DNA of 64,000 nt from Octopus sinensis (taxonomy: Eukaryota), in contig NC_043011.1 in the NCBI RefSeq assembly GCF_006345805.1, forward strand, positions 49,488,464 to 49,552,463, written 5' to 3'. The notes beneath the pieces are model-generated. The model did not search any database and was not told where the DNA came from. It was given only the letters and a program-made list of their open reading frames with translations. Position numbers and translations under genes: made by a program. This document shows, piece by piece, positions 11,905 through 26,116 of the stretch (the first letter of the stretch is position 1; each line of letters begins with the position of its first letter).

Positions 11905-12075
11905 GTTTCCCCCTGAGTTCAAATTCCGCCGAGGTCGACTTTGCCTTTCATCTTTTCGGGATCGATTAAACAAGTACCAGTTGCGCACTAGGATCGATGT
12001 AATCGACTTAATCCCTTTGTCTGTCCTTGTTTGTCCCCTCTATGTTTAGCCCCTTGTGGGCAATAAAGAAATAAA
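11905..12075 (+). mobile_element. SINE family B, 5'-truncated
   Basis: ctgagttcaaattccgccgaggtcgactttgcc...agccccttgtgggcaataaagaaata. Confidence 0.85.
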
Positions 12076-12892
12076 ACTATTATGGCAATGATGATGATGA
12101 TGATGATGATAGGTCAGTTGTAGTATTCAGAGAAAATGAAGAATTGCTGGACAGTGAAGAGTTTTTCATTGTGAAGTTTAATAAGTTATCATACTGCTGG
12201 TCATATTGTTGTCGTTGCTGCTGCCATGTTGTCTGTATGTACTTTTAATTTTGATGTTGACGATGCGTTAGTTTAGTCGTATATCTTTCTAGAGAATTCC
12301 TTTGGTAATTTTAGGACCAGCTTCATCAGTAAACATTTTCGACATTTTTTCATTTGGTTCCGTCCTTTGTTCATGTTTTGAGAAGAATTCAAACTTCAAG
12401 CAACGTTTTGCTGACCAACTTTTAGACACTATTTTCCAAACCTAGCAAAGTATGCAGGGAGTACAAATTTCGATTTTGCACCCGCTAAAAAACTTTAAGG
12501 AGTGTAAGCGCACCACCTTCAACACGTGTTTCCGGGCCCTTGCATCTTCCCCTTCTCTCTTTCTCATTCTCCCTCCCTCTTTCCCTTCACTTCCACTCTT
12601 CTCCTTTCTTTCTCTAACTCTCAGCTTCTTTCTCTTATTTCTCTTCTCTCCTATTTTTCTTCCATCTCTCTCTTAGTCTCTCTGTCTTCTCTCCCTCTTA
12701 TTCTATCTCACACCTTCTTCTTTGTGTCTCTTTCTGTCTTCCTCTTTTCCTTCACTTCTGCTCTAACCCTCGCTTTCTCTCTCCTTTTTCTAATTCTCTA
12801 CTTCTCTCTTTTATTTCTTTTCTTCTTTTCTCTCCATATTTCCCTTAGTCTCTCTCTGTACTTCTTGGTCTCTGTTTGTCTTTTTTCCTTCT

Positions 12893-13733
12893 CTTTCTCT
12901 GTAACTCTCTCTCTCTTTCCTTTTCTCTTTCTCTTTCCCTCTGTAACTGTTGGCTGCAACGTCTGCGTGTAACAACTGTAGGGTTAAAACTCTGAAAGTC
13001 TTTACTTAGTTATTCTCCTCAGCGATTACTTGGTCATTCTACTTTTGATTGTTTGTTTTTCTCCTCTTTCTCTGTAACTCTCTCTCTTTCCTTTTCTCTT
13101 TCTTTTTCCCTCTGTAACTGTTGGCTGCAACGTCTGCGTGTAACAGCTGTAGGGTTAAAACTCTGAAAGTCTTTACTTAGTTATTCTCCTCGGCGATTAC
13201 TTGGTCATTCTACTTTTGATTGTTTGTCTTTCTCCTCTTTCTCTGTAACTCTCTCTCTTTCCTTTTCTCTTTCTTTTTCCCTCTGTAACTGTTGGCTGCA
13301 ACGTCTGCGTGTAACAGCTGTAGGGTTAAAACTCTGAAAGTCTTTACTTAGTTTTATCTCCTCGGCGATTACTTGTCATTCTACTTTTGATTGTTGTCTT
13401 TCTCCTCTTTCTCTGTAACTCTCTCTCTTTCCTTTTCTCTTTCTTTTTCCCTCTGTAACTGTTGCTGCAACGTCTGCGTGTAACAGCTGTAGGGTTAAAA
13501 CTCTGAAAGTCTTTACTTAGTTATTCTCCTCGGCGATTACTTGGTCATTCTACTTTTGATTGTTTGTCTTTCTCCTCTTTCTCTGTAACTCTCTCTCTTT
13601 CCTTTTCTCTTTCTCTTTCCCACTGTAACTGTTGGCTGCAACGTCTGCGTGTAACAGCTGTAGGGTTAAAACTCTGAAAGTCTTTACTTAGTTATTCTCC
13701 TCAGCGACTACTTGGTCATTCTTCTTTTGATTT
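12893..13733. repeat. 171-bp tandem repeat, about 4.9 copies
   Basis: gtctgcgtgtaac recurs at 12961, 13132, 13303, 13472 and 13643. Confidence 0.92.
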
Positions 13734-14078
13734 CTTCACTGAGTATGCGCATCTCATTTACTTTCCCTGGGGAGCTGCAGTGAGTGTGTCACTTCCTTAA
13801 GACAATAATGCCACTTTGATGTCCATGGCACCTGTGTCATTTCCGAAACAATAAAAATTACCTGGATTATTTTTCTTTTTCTGGTAGCGATGTATTTAAA
13901 TGTGGAGTTCCACGTATGTGTCCAGCCCTAGAAGTAATCTTACCGCTGGATAACATGTAGTAGCCAAATAATGACATGAGAGCCCTTAAATGCACGTTGT
14001 GAGGTTTTTACCCGAATTACACACAGACACATACACGCACACGCACACACTTATATAAATATCAATGAAAAATGTATA

Positions 14079-14498
14079 GGCGCAGGAGTGGCTGTGTGGT
14101 AAGTAGCTTGCCTACCAACCGCATGGTTCTGGGTTCAGTCCCACTGCGTGGCATCTTGGGCAAGTGTCTTCTGCTATAGCCTCGGGCCGACCAATGCCTT
14201 GTGGCTGGATTTGGTAGACGGAAACTGAAAGAAGCCTGTCGTATATATGTATATATATGTTTGTATGTGTATGTATATGTTTGTGTGTCTGTGTTTGTCC
14301 CTCTAGCATTGCTTGACAACCGATGCTGGTTTGTTTACGTCTCCGTCACTTAGCGGTTCGGCAAAAGAGACCGATAGAAATAAGTACTGGGCTTACAAAG
14401 AATAAATCACGGGGTCGATTTGCTCGACTAAAGGCGGTGCTCCAGCATGGCCGCAGTCAAATGACTGAAACAAGTAAAAGAGTAAAAGAGTAAAGAGA
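14079..14498 (+). mobile_element. SINE family A, full length
   Basis: Near-identical to 9230-9696. Confidence 0.9.
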
Positions 14499-14667
14499 CA
14501 AGGTGCGAAACTGAATTTTACCGATTGGTCAATAACTAATGAAGAATTACGGACCTTCTCTCTGTCTTCCGTTCGTTTTTACATTTAATATATGTTAGAT
14601 CGTTTGTTTATACATTTTCTTATTTATCAAGGAATGGAACGCAACAAACACCGAATATATAATGTAT

Positions 14668-14830
<163 letters not shown>

Positions 14831-14953
14831 TAAAAACTGCTACGCGCAATATAATACCATAAAAGAAAAATTTAACCTTCACTAAATTCTGCATTTGATG
14901 ATAAGGTTGCTGTGTGTATGTGTGAGTGCGTGCGCGCGCGTATGTGTGTCTGT

Positions 14954-14998
<45 letters not shown>

Positions 14999-15162
14999 TG
15001 AATATTTATAGTCTGAAGGTCTCCACTTTTTGCTTTATCACGCTTTGCATGTATACATATATACATATTTTGTATTTGATACCCATTTCATATGGGCATG
15101 AAATTTCTTATTTCATATCCATATATATATATATAATATATATATATGTATACATATATATG

Positions 15163-15321
<159 letters not shown>

Positions 15322-15377
15322 TATATGTATCTATGTATCTATGTATGTGTGTATGTGTGCGTGAGTGTATGTGTATG

Positions 15378-15408
<31 letters not shown>

Positions 15409-16015
15409 TTATAAAAAATGCATAAATGAGCAGAGTGTTATAATATAATTACGATGACATACATTCAATGACTTCGCTGAAACATGCGAGGTAACCTAAT
15501 TCACACTAACGAAACGAAGGAAAGCAAAAGAAAGGTGACTTAGTTCAAGATACCCATACATATCGTGATTCACGAATTTGTTTCAGTTTCAGCGCTTCTT
15601 TTTTTTTTGGATTTTTTTTCTCCCAGTTTCCTTTCTCAGCTAAATAGAACTTCAAAACAGGTCGGGTTTCTGTCATTGAACTGTTAGGCTTGTTCGGGAC
15701 TCCTTCTTCAAGGTTACAATGTGATTATATCGACCTTCGCTAATCTATCGATCTCTTCTGGTGGATGCAAATGAAATGGTAATTAATATTGGCAAACACG
15801 TTAGAACGAAGAACAAAGTATCTTGCGATAATTCTTTTGGATTTTGTAAATTCCTGAGTTTAAATTGCCCCATGGCGTTTCTGCATTTCGTCCTGCATTT
15901 TGTCGATCGAATATAAGTACCAATATAAAGTACCAATCAATCGGTGAGGGCGATACATATACATACATAGAAATATATATATACATACATATATATATAT
16001 ACATACGTGCATATA

Positions 16016-16057
<42 letters not shown>

Positions 16058-16132
16058 AAATATTAGGGAATAAATCCAAACTTACAGGGAAAAATCAGAT
16101 TTAGGATTAAATCCAATTTTATAGTAAAATAT

Positions 16133-16534
16133 TATATTATATTAAATTAGAGATAAAACCACTATTAGGCAAATCAAACAATGAAAAACATAAGCCAATA
16201 CATAAAATTAATTAATTTATATTATTTTAAATATATATCAAAAGTATTAAAAGTTTAATAAAAGATAAATAGTAAAACACTACGATCGTTTCATGGCTGT
16301 ACAATTCGTAATAATTCGAGTTATGGTTACAGTCAATCTTCAGATAATTGAAATATTTATCTTAGCGAGGTTTAGCCATGAAACGATCGTAGTGTTTTAC
16401 TATTTATCTTTTATTAAACTTTTAATACTTTTGATATATATTTAAAATAATATAAATGAATTAATTTTATGTATTGGCTTATGTTTTTCATTGTTTGATT
16501 TGCCTAATAGTGGTTTTATCTCTAATTTAATATA

Positions 16535-16539
<5 letters not shown>
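16133..16539. repeat. 166-bp inverted repeat with a 75-bp spacer; a degenerate hammerhead motif lies on the minus strand at about 16278-16346
   Basis: Arms 16133-16298 and 16374-16539 have one mismatch that I could see. The minus strand reads TAT CTGAAGA TTGACTGTA...TACAGCCAT GAA ACGATCGT A GTG. Confidence 0.8.
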
Positions 16540-16556
<17 letters not shown>

Positions 16557-16565
<9 letters not shown>

Positions 16566-16706
16566 TAAGAGAATGGTCACTATGTGGCTCATTCTAGCAC
16601 AAGAAAATCCAAAAGGTTTCAACCACAAAAATACATGTTTCCTATGAAAGTCAGTACGATTGTTAGCTCACACGAACAGGGCAAATAAAAAATAACAAAA
16701 ATACAG

Positions 16707-16711
<5 letters not shown>
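16557..16711 (-). mobile_element. Dispersed, diverged fragment of the 535-bp unit, flanked by (TA)n
   Basis: Its reverse complement matches about 6473-6627 with roughly 10 differences over 155 bp (hand count). Confidence 0.9.
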
Positions 16712-16770
<59 letters not shown>

Positions 16771-17006
16771 GTATTAATAAAAGGAATTCCAACCTTGTCT
16801 GATTTTCACGTTTTATTTATAATCTTATAATGATATAATATAATATAATATAATAAAACAAAATGAAATAAAATAATAGAATGTTAAATGTTCATTCTGA
16901 TTGAACTAGTACTTTCATGCATTAAATTCTGCAATCTTCAGGTTCATGTAGTAGTGGTGACAGTCATGCTTCACAATTTTTGACAAAAGAAAATGTGTGT
17001 GTGTGT

Positions 17007-17044
<38 letters not shown>

Positions 17045-17209
17045 GTTATATATATTTATGTATGTATGTATATATCTATCTATATATATATATGTGTGTG
17101 TGTGTATATGTATATATATATATGTGTGTGTGCATTATATATCTATATATATACGTATGTATATATATATATTTGCATGTATATATATACGTATATATGT
17201 ATATATATA

Positions 17210-17280
<71 letters not shown>

Positions 17281-17427
17281 CAAATATATATATATATATA
17301 CACATATATATACATATATATACATACGTATATATATAGATGCACACACACACATATATATATATATACATATACACACACATATATATAAAGATAGATA
17401 TATACATACATAAATATATGTATATAC

Positions 17428-17458
<31 letters not shown>

Positions 17459-18590
17459 TATTTTCTTTTGTGCATAGATTCTGCCCATTTCTTAATTTCA
17501 GTTTTCGCTTTCTTTTAAGCTTTCTTCCTAGTTCTGTTTTTTTTTTATATCATCGCTTTCTTTAAAATCGTGAGTGTCGCCGCCCGTAATGCGGAGGTGA
17601 TAAAAACAAAAATATACAGGGTCTTGACCAGTGTATGCCGGTCAAAGCGTCAGCAGTTCTAGAATCCCATACTACCTACGTCCTCCGCAAAATAGGCTGC
17701 CCTTCTGAGAAATTAGCCCTGCGAGGTGGAATGGCTGCGATAGTGAATATCGCTGGCCATTTTCCGCAGCAACGCCATCACAGTTATTACCATTTGATCC
17801 GGCTTTTGTGCTCTCATCTGCTCTTCCCTCCATCTTGTGTTGCTTTACCCTGCTCTCCTAGTTTTCTTTAGTTTTCTTTTTATTTATATCTTTTCTGGGG
17901 TTTTTTTCCGTTATAATTTAAAATGTGACTTGTTATATAATTGACTGAAGGAATAGAGTTCTTTTTAATTATTTTTTTTCTTATTCATATTCTAGTTGTT
18001 TTCAGCTTCACTGACCAGATTTGAATTTTTATAAAAATTTCTACACAGACATATATTTCCTCAAAAGAAAAAAAAAACAATTAACATGAAAAACATCTGT
18101 AAAGGATTTTTTTTTTAAAATCAACCTCTATGTGTGAATCAGAAAGCAACCCGTTGCGATTTCTATTTGTTTTCGATTGTTCTTTTACAAGCGAATTCTT
18201 TGTAGTCTTTCAGTCGATGTTTTGTAATATATCTCTCGTTGAAATATTGCTCCGCAGCCTAGCTCACTTCAGTCGTAATAAATATTAGCTTCAAATTTTG
18301 GCACAAGGCCAGCAATTTCGGGGGAGGGACTAAGTAGCAGAAATCGATCCCAGTATTCAACAGATACTTATTTCATCGACTCCGAAAGGGTAAAAGGCAA
18401 AGTCGACCCCGGCGGAATTTGGACACAAAGGCGATTGCTAACGATTTTGCCAGCTCGTCGCCTTGGTCATAATAAATATCATCTTTTTAATTGTCAGTGA
18501 CTTGAGATACATTCTAAATTATCATTTGTCTTCTGTTTCGTCTCGATAATTCATTTAGACTTCAGATTGATAATATTGGTTTCAAATTAA

Positions 18591-19210
18591 GGCGGCGAGC
18601 TGGAAGAACCGTCAGCATGCCGGGCGAAATGCTTAGTAGTATTTCGTCTGCCGTTACGTTCTGAGTTCAAATTCCGCCGAGGTCGACTTTGCCTTTCATC
18701 CTTTCGGGATCGATTAAATAAGTACCAGTTACGCCCTGCGGGCGATATAATCGACTTAATACGTTTGCCTGTCCTTGTTTGTCCCTTCTGTGTTTAGCCC
18801 CTTGTGGGTAGTAAAGAAATAGAACTAGGTATTTCGTTTGTCTTTACGTTCTGGGTTCAAATTCCCCCGAGGTCAACTTTGCCTTTCATCCTTTCGGGGT
18901 CGATAAATTAAGTACCAGTTGCGTGCTGTGATATATCTAATCGACTGGCCCCCTCCCCAAACATTTCGGCCCTTGTGCCTAGAGTAGAAAAGAATATTGG
19001 TTTCAAATTTTGGCACAAGGCCAGCAATTTCGGAAGAAGTTTAAGGCGATTACAGCGATCCCAGTGCTCAACTAGTACTTATTTTATTGACTCCGAAGAG
19101 ATGAAAAGCAAAGTCGGCCCCGGCGGAATAACTTACAACGTAAAGACGGACAAATTGCCGCCAAACATTTTGTCCGGCGTGCTTAATGATTCTGCCAGCT
19201 TGCTACCTTC
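18591..19210. mobile_element. Cluster of SINE family B copies (plus, plus partial, minus partial)
   Basis: Full copy at 18591-18821, a second core at about 18828-18990 and an inverted core at about 18998-19210. Confidence 0.8.
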
Positions 19211-19709
19211 AGTCATGAATGACCATGGGATTTCACCTAGAAAGTTACCCTCCGAGGCACAAGTCTGGGCAAGGTTGTTTATGGAAGACCAATAGTCGCC
19301 CATGCATACCAGCCCCGCCTCTCCATGCCACTGATGTTATCCAAGGGAAAGGCAAAGGCCGATACAGCTTGGCACCAGTGACGTCGCAGCTCACTTATTA
19401 ACGTGCAAGTGGCTGAGCACTCCACAGACACGTGTACCCTTAACGTAGTTCTCGGAGAGATTCAGCGTTACACAGAGTGTGACAAGGCTGGCCCTTTGAA
19501 ATTCAGGTACAACAGAAACAGGAAGGAAGAATGAGAGAAAGTTGTGGTGAAAGAGTACAGCAGGGTTCACCACCACCCCCTGCCGGAGCCTCGGGGAGCT
19601 TTAGATGTTTTCGCTCAATAAGCACTCACAATGCCCGGTCTGGGAATCGAAACCGCGATCCTCCGACCGCGAGTCCGCTGCCCTAACCACTGGGCCATTG
19701 AGCCTCCAC
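19200..19709 (-). mobile_element. SINE family D 3' part (19200-19396) and SINE family C (19397-19709)
   Basis: The first part is the reverse complement of about 61050-61240. The second part matches 10105-10417. Confidence 0.8.
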
Positions 19710-20375
19710 ACCTTCAGTAACTATAGTAATGTTAATAAGCCGACCTCAGCGGAATTTGAACTCAGACCGAGAAGACGGACGAAATGCCGTTAAGCATTTC
19801 GCCTAGGGCGCTAACAATTCTGCCAGCTCGTCGCTTTGGTCATAATAAATATTATCTTTTTATTTGTCAGTCTCCTGAGATACATTCTAAATTATCATTT
19901 GTCTTGTTTCTGTCTTGATAATTCATTTAGGTTTCTAGTTAATAATATTACAAATATAATTTATTACTGGATCATCTGGTGTGTTAAGGTCTGTTAACTA
20001 AACGTTTTCATTTAGCTCTGCTTAATCCACTTCATACCAACCCACCGACGGTCGCTTTTATTTCTATGATACGAACATCCTGTTTAAACTGATTCGAATT
20101 AATACCGGCCTCAAATATTTCATGTTTATTTATGTCTCAAATACAAACCAGCTTATCATTAGTGACAAAGATATATTAAGAAATTCTTCATCACTATCAA
20201 GATTAACTGAAACTTCGACAGTGCTCTTCAACAGAAATACGCCGACAAAAAAGTTATATATATATATATATATATATAACGGGAAGCTTTATGAAAATAA
20301 ACAAAAGACGAAGGCAGGTGGAAAACAAACAAACAATTGTATTAGTATGGCGCTCAGGAATATAAATAAAACAAG

Positions 20376-20413
20376 TCTTTTACGTTTCGAGCCTACGCTC
20401 TTCAACAGAAAGA
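20376..20413 (-). ncRNA. Minimal hammerhead-like motif with CTGTTGA core, in a (TA)n-abutting element spanning about 20277-20500
   Basis: Minus strand: TCTTT CTGTTGA A GAGC-GTAG-GCTC GAA ACGT A AAAGA. Same family as 40712-40749. Confidence 0.5.
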
Positions 20414-20974
20414 TACACAGAAAAGAAACACAGAAAGAAACAAGGAGAGAAAAAAATTCGTGCAGAGGCTAGCGAATCAACATGGCGATCTGATTTCGGC
20501 CATATATATAACTTATAAACAAGGGCAAAAAATGATTTCTATGCCAATATGCTGAGAACAGACTTTGAATCGTCAATTACCACATTACAATATACATTCA
20601 TCATAAATACACGTCGTGCTGAAATCCAGGAAAGCAAGCTAAGAGACTTATATATATATATACGTCTATTAAGCATTTTCTTCGCCTTTTCTTTCACTCG
20701 TGTTATACAGTGTCCAGACCATTGATTCCTTATGCTTATTCTATTATTCCGGTTTCTTTCTCTGCCAAGGTATTCTTTTGTTCTTAATTCATTTTACACG
20801 CTTCGAGATCGTTGAAAATTGTCATTTTTTATTATATACCCAGGATGTTCATTGTACAGCCAATAGACGATATCACTTTATTTCCTTTATATCATCCTCT
20901 CAAAGCTTTGTAATTGTGTGGCACACGTGATAAACATATACAGACAAATACACATGCTTATATAAAGGGTGTTT

Positions 20975-21760
20975 ATGGTTTCAGGTTCAGTCCCACTGTG
21001 TGGAACCTTGGGCAAGTGTCTTCTACTATAGCCTCGGGCTGACCAAAGCCTTGCGAGTGGATTTGCTAGACGGAAACTGAAAGAAGCTCGTCGTATATAT
21101 GCATATATTTATGTTTGTGTATATTTGTGGCTGTGTTTTGTCCCCCATCAGCGCTTGACAACCGTTGTTGGTGTGTTTACGTCCCTGTAACTTAGCGGTT
21201 CGACAAAAGAGACAGATAGAAAAGTATTAGGCTATTTTTTAAAAAGTCCTGGAGCGCAGGAGTGACTGCGTGGTAAGTAGCTTGCTTACAAACCACATGG
21301 TTCCGGGTTCAGTCCCACTGCGTGGCACCTTGGGCAAATGTCTTCTACTGTAGCTTCGGGCCGACTAAAGCCTTGTGAGTGGATTTGGTAGACAGAAACT
21401 GAAAGAAGCCCGCTGTATATATGTATATATATGTATGTGTATGTGTGTGTATGTTTGTATCTCCGTGTTTGTCCCCCCAACATCGCTTGACAACCGATGC
21501 TAGTGTGTTTACATCCCCCTCAATAAGCGGTTCGGCAAGAGGGACCGATAGAATAAGTACTAGGCTTACAAAGAATAAGTCCTGGGGTCGATTTGCTCGA
21601 CTAAAGGCGGTGCTCCAGCATGGCCGCAGTCAAATGACTGAAACAAGTAAAAGAGTGTAAAGAGTAAAGAGGGTCGATTTGTTCGACTAAAACTCTACAA
21701 GGTGGTGCTCCAGCATGACCGCGATCAAATGATTGAAACAAATAAAAGAATAAAAAAATA
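20975..21760 (+). mobile_element. Two tandem SINE family A copies plus an extra 3' tail
   Basis: Partial copy at about 20975-21250, full copy at about 21253-21670 and a repeated tail to about 21760. Confidence 0.85.
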
Positions 21761-22530
21761 AGAATAACTCATTTATATATAACATAGATGCAATAAATGC
21801 TTGTAAGTCTATAATGACATAAACATTTATTGAAGAACACAGATGTGAAAATAAAAGGGTACGACGGATTGGAGTTGATAGCCACGCCCCAAACAGATTT
21901 ATGCATATCCAATTATTTTCTAATGATAATTTTAAGGTAGTGTTTTCTGCAAATTAATGGTGGATACGTTTTAATGATTGAGGATCTCCTCGGTAGAAAT
22001 CCTGTTGGTTTGTTGCTTGTGTATGTAATAATGTAATCCCATCAAAATTAATTAATGGTGGGCGTTGTGACCCTAGAATACACTTGATGAAAATATTGAC
22101 AAGGATTTTGCAGGATATCATTCATGAAGGGAGAGAGAGAGAGAGAGAGAATTTAGGGAGTGACTTGGATATGTCAAATGTGTTAGGGGATTTGGTGCCA
22201 ATGATTTATAGGATGTAGGATTAATGGTGGGAATCTGACAAAGTGGAAGAATGGAAATGAGGAAACACCTGCTGTGCGTTACAATTCTCACTCTGAAATT
22301 ATAGATATTGTGAAGAATTCTGACAAACACGGGGGCGATGACGGAGATAACGATGACGATGGAACAGATGTAGCTGAAAGGCTTAATTTTGACAACTTAA
22401 TTAAGATGTTGGGTGAAATAATCAAAAGAGCTCAACGGCGTTTCTTCATAACGGAACAACAGATAATGAATCTTTATATTGATTCTTGAATAATTAAACA
22501 GGGAAATATCTGAACATATGAAACATCCCG

Positions 22531-23250
22531 GTTTCGATGAAATGTTTTTCTTTTTTGAAAATAGAAGAACCAAAGAAAATGTGTACCGAAAACAATTATA
22601 CCTCTATCCGAGACCCTGACCTTTTTTAAATTCCTGTCCTCCAGACATCTTTCCTGCAAACTTTACTAATGTATGAATGAAGGACCACATACAAAACAAC
22701 TGTGTATATATATATATATGTCAACCTCATTGTATTGCGGTTAATCTCATAGCGATCAACTACCAGACATCTTCGATTAATTCTGCACTCATACTTATTT
22801 AAGGATTTAATACATGCTCAACTGGTATTTAATAGAATTATATGGTTTAAGGCGCAGACATGGTTGTGCGATCAAGTTTGCTTCGTACCAAGTTTCGATG
22901 AAATGTTTTTCTTTTTTGAAAATAGAAAATTCAAAGAAAATGTGTACCGAAAACAATTATACCTCTATCCGAGACCCTGACCTTTTTAAATTCCTGTCCT
23001 CCAGACATCTTTCCTGAAAACTTTACTAATGTATGAATGAAGGACCACATACAAAACAACTGTATTGTGATCAACCTCATTGTATTGCGGTTAATCTCAA
23101 AGCGATCGACTACCAGACATCTTCGATTAATTCTGCACTCATATTTATATTTCATTTAAGGATTTAATACATGCTCAACTGGTATTTAATAGAATTATAT
23201 GGTTTAAGGGACAGACATGGTTGTGCGATCAAGTTTGCTTCGTACCAAGT
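22531..23250. repeat. Tandem duplication of about 361 bp (2 copies)
   Basis: gtttcgatgaaatgttttt occurs at 22531 and 22892. The copies differ by several substitutions and a short (TA)n. Confidence 0.9.
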
Positions 23251-24638
23251 AGTTTCGGGTTCTTTTTTATTGTACGACACCTTGCACAAGTGTCTCCCTA
23301 CTATAACCCTGAGACGACCGATCCCTTGTTAGCCAATTCCGTGGATGGAAACTATATAGAAGCTCGTCATATGTAAGTGTATTTGAAAACCGGAGCCTGT
23401 GTGGATATATGTCCCTGTACCTTAGCGGTTTCACTAAAAATTATATCACCCGAATAAGTGCGACTTCAAAGAGGCCCTTAGGTCGATTTGGTTGACAAAA
23501 TACTTCAAAGCGTTACATCTAATTACTAAAAATAGAAAAAAGAATTGAGAATCCTGTTTCATCGATGCATATTGCTTAGTATATAGTGTGGCTTTATATA
23601 TAGTTTGTGTATTTAAAAACAGTTCTTGTCAAAAGATGCCGGATTATTCCGTGTTTTATACATAATATAAAATTCCTATAAACCTGAATCCAACCTTTGC
23701 TGCATCACCATTCGAGAAGCTTACAAGAATATAAAGCTACAGATTCACTTGGAGACTTTCCTAGGTCTTGAAGGTCAAACAATCTCACTAAAACACAGAC
23801 ATCCGGATTCCTCTTTTTCCATGACTTCTAATTCAAAACTATTGAGGGAAGTCACATCTAACCTAGATATTAAAAGAAAGCCATTGGCACTAATTCGTTC
23901 TTAGACTACAGAACATTCGTCCTCATCCGTGTTTATCTAGTTACATAACAAACAAACCATACCAAAGGGACTTCTGACTCATCCTGTACACATATACACA
24001 CCCACACACACGAATAAGCACATAAATGCAAAATAGGGTGGTAAAAAATAGTGCTCAAACACCGAAGGTAGAGTAGGATGCTTTTTTTTCCTGCAAAAAC
24101 ATCCCAGAACTGTTACTCAGCAACTGTTACTGAGGTCCGTGACGTTTTTGCAGCTTTAATAAAATAGCACACACGTATCTAATAAGATGGATAATATTTC
24201 GTATGTTTTGTGGGGTGAATAAGACATACACTTCTGTTTTGGGCTACAATCAGTGAAATTGACCCTGTGTTGAAAACCTCTTCATGGTCCAAAAAGATCC
24301 TTATGAAATCCTTAATGCTGACCTCGAATGACACATTGTTCAGAGCCATTTCGGCTGCACGTCACGCCATAACAGAAAGCAGAAATAAGTTCTTATTGAT
24401 GGGGGTACACTTTCTTTGGATACCTTTCTGGTCGCGTATTCGTTCTGGCATAAGTCATCAACCATCTCATATTGCCCTGTTATCTGATATATTTGGCAAT
24501 GTCTCTACTACAAAATCTCAAAAATTCCAGAAACGCACCTCGTATCCTCGTGCTTGTGAATATACATGCATACATACATATATACATACATATATATATA
24601 TATATATTATAGATTGAGAGAAATAATATAATACGATA

Positions 24639-24675
<37 letters not shown>

Positions 24676-24811
24676 ACATATATTTTTTTAATTTGTTTAT
24701 GGTAACGTTTTCAATGTGCAAATAAAGCTCGTGTTCCATTATGTCGGCCACCGTCTAATGATGCCAGTTTTTCTAGATTGCATCTAGTTACAGCGATATA
24801 AAGTATGATAA

Positions 24812-25410
<599 letters not shown>

Positions 25411-26049
25411 ATCCTCGGGTGGAATTTATAAATATTTAATGCATCACTACGTGCTTTTCCACAAGTCACATGACTTTTAAGATCACAGTTCGTATTCCTG
25501 GGCATCCGGTTGATCATCATCACTGATATATGTATGGATGTGTGTGTGTGTATGTGTGTGTATGTGTGTGTATGTGGGGTGATGGATTCCCTCGTCGTGA
25601 AGGACAAATGAGGGTTCTGTGGAATAAAGAGCTAATCGTGTTCTACGGGACACGCACGTGTCTCTTGTGGCCTACTGCTCCCTTGCAAACCTTTTCGGAA
25701 AATGAAACAATTTCAGGACTTAGTCTGCTCGAGTGTTTGTGGATCATTATTCCCAGCAGATTTCTGCTGATGACACCACCTATATTGACAGCGTTATCGT
25801 TAAAAGCTTGAAAATGTAAAGATTTTTGTAACGACAACTGACGAGGAAAGAGCATGTGTATGCCTTGGGTGCAAATTTTTCGTTTGACGTTCTTCTGTCC
25901 GGCTTTTAAATAATATATGTGCATATATAGCATTTCAGCGGTTATCTGAAAATTACGAGAAGGGTATCCATTTATCGAAGTGAAAATCCGTAAATTACAT
26001 TTCCGCTGTGGAGCATAAATATAACATTGAAGATTGGATCTTGCGGTGT

Positions 26050-26116
<67 letters not shown>

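Noticed and set aside
13110-13160. Hammerhead in the 171-bp unit (CTGTTGG...GTAACAGCTGTA)
   Set aside because: GAAA is replaced by GTAA, A9 is absent, and there is no convincing stem I or II.
24028-24617. Possible DNA-transposon or host ORF
   Set aside because: I found no recognisable motif in any frame and no terminal repeats.
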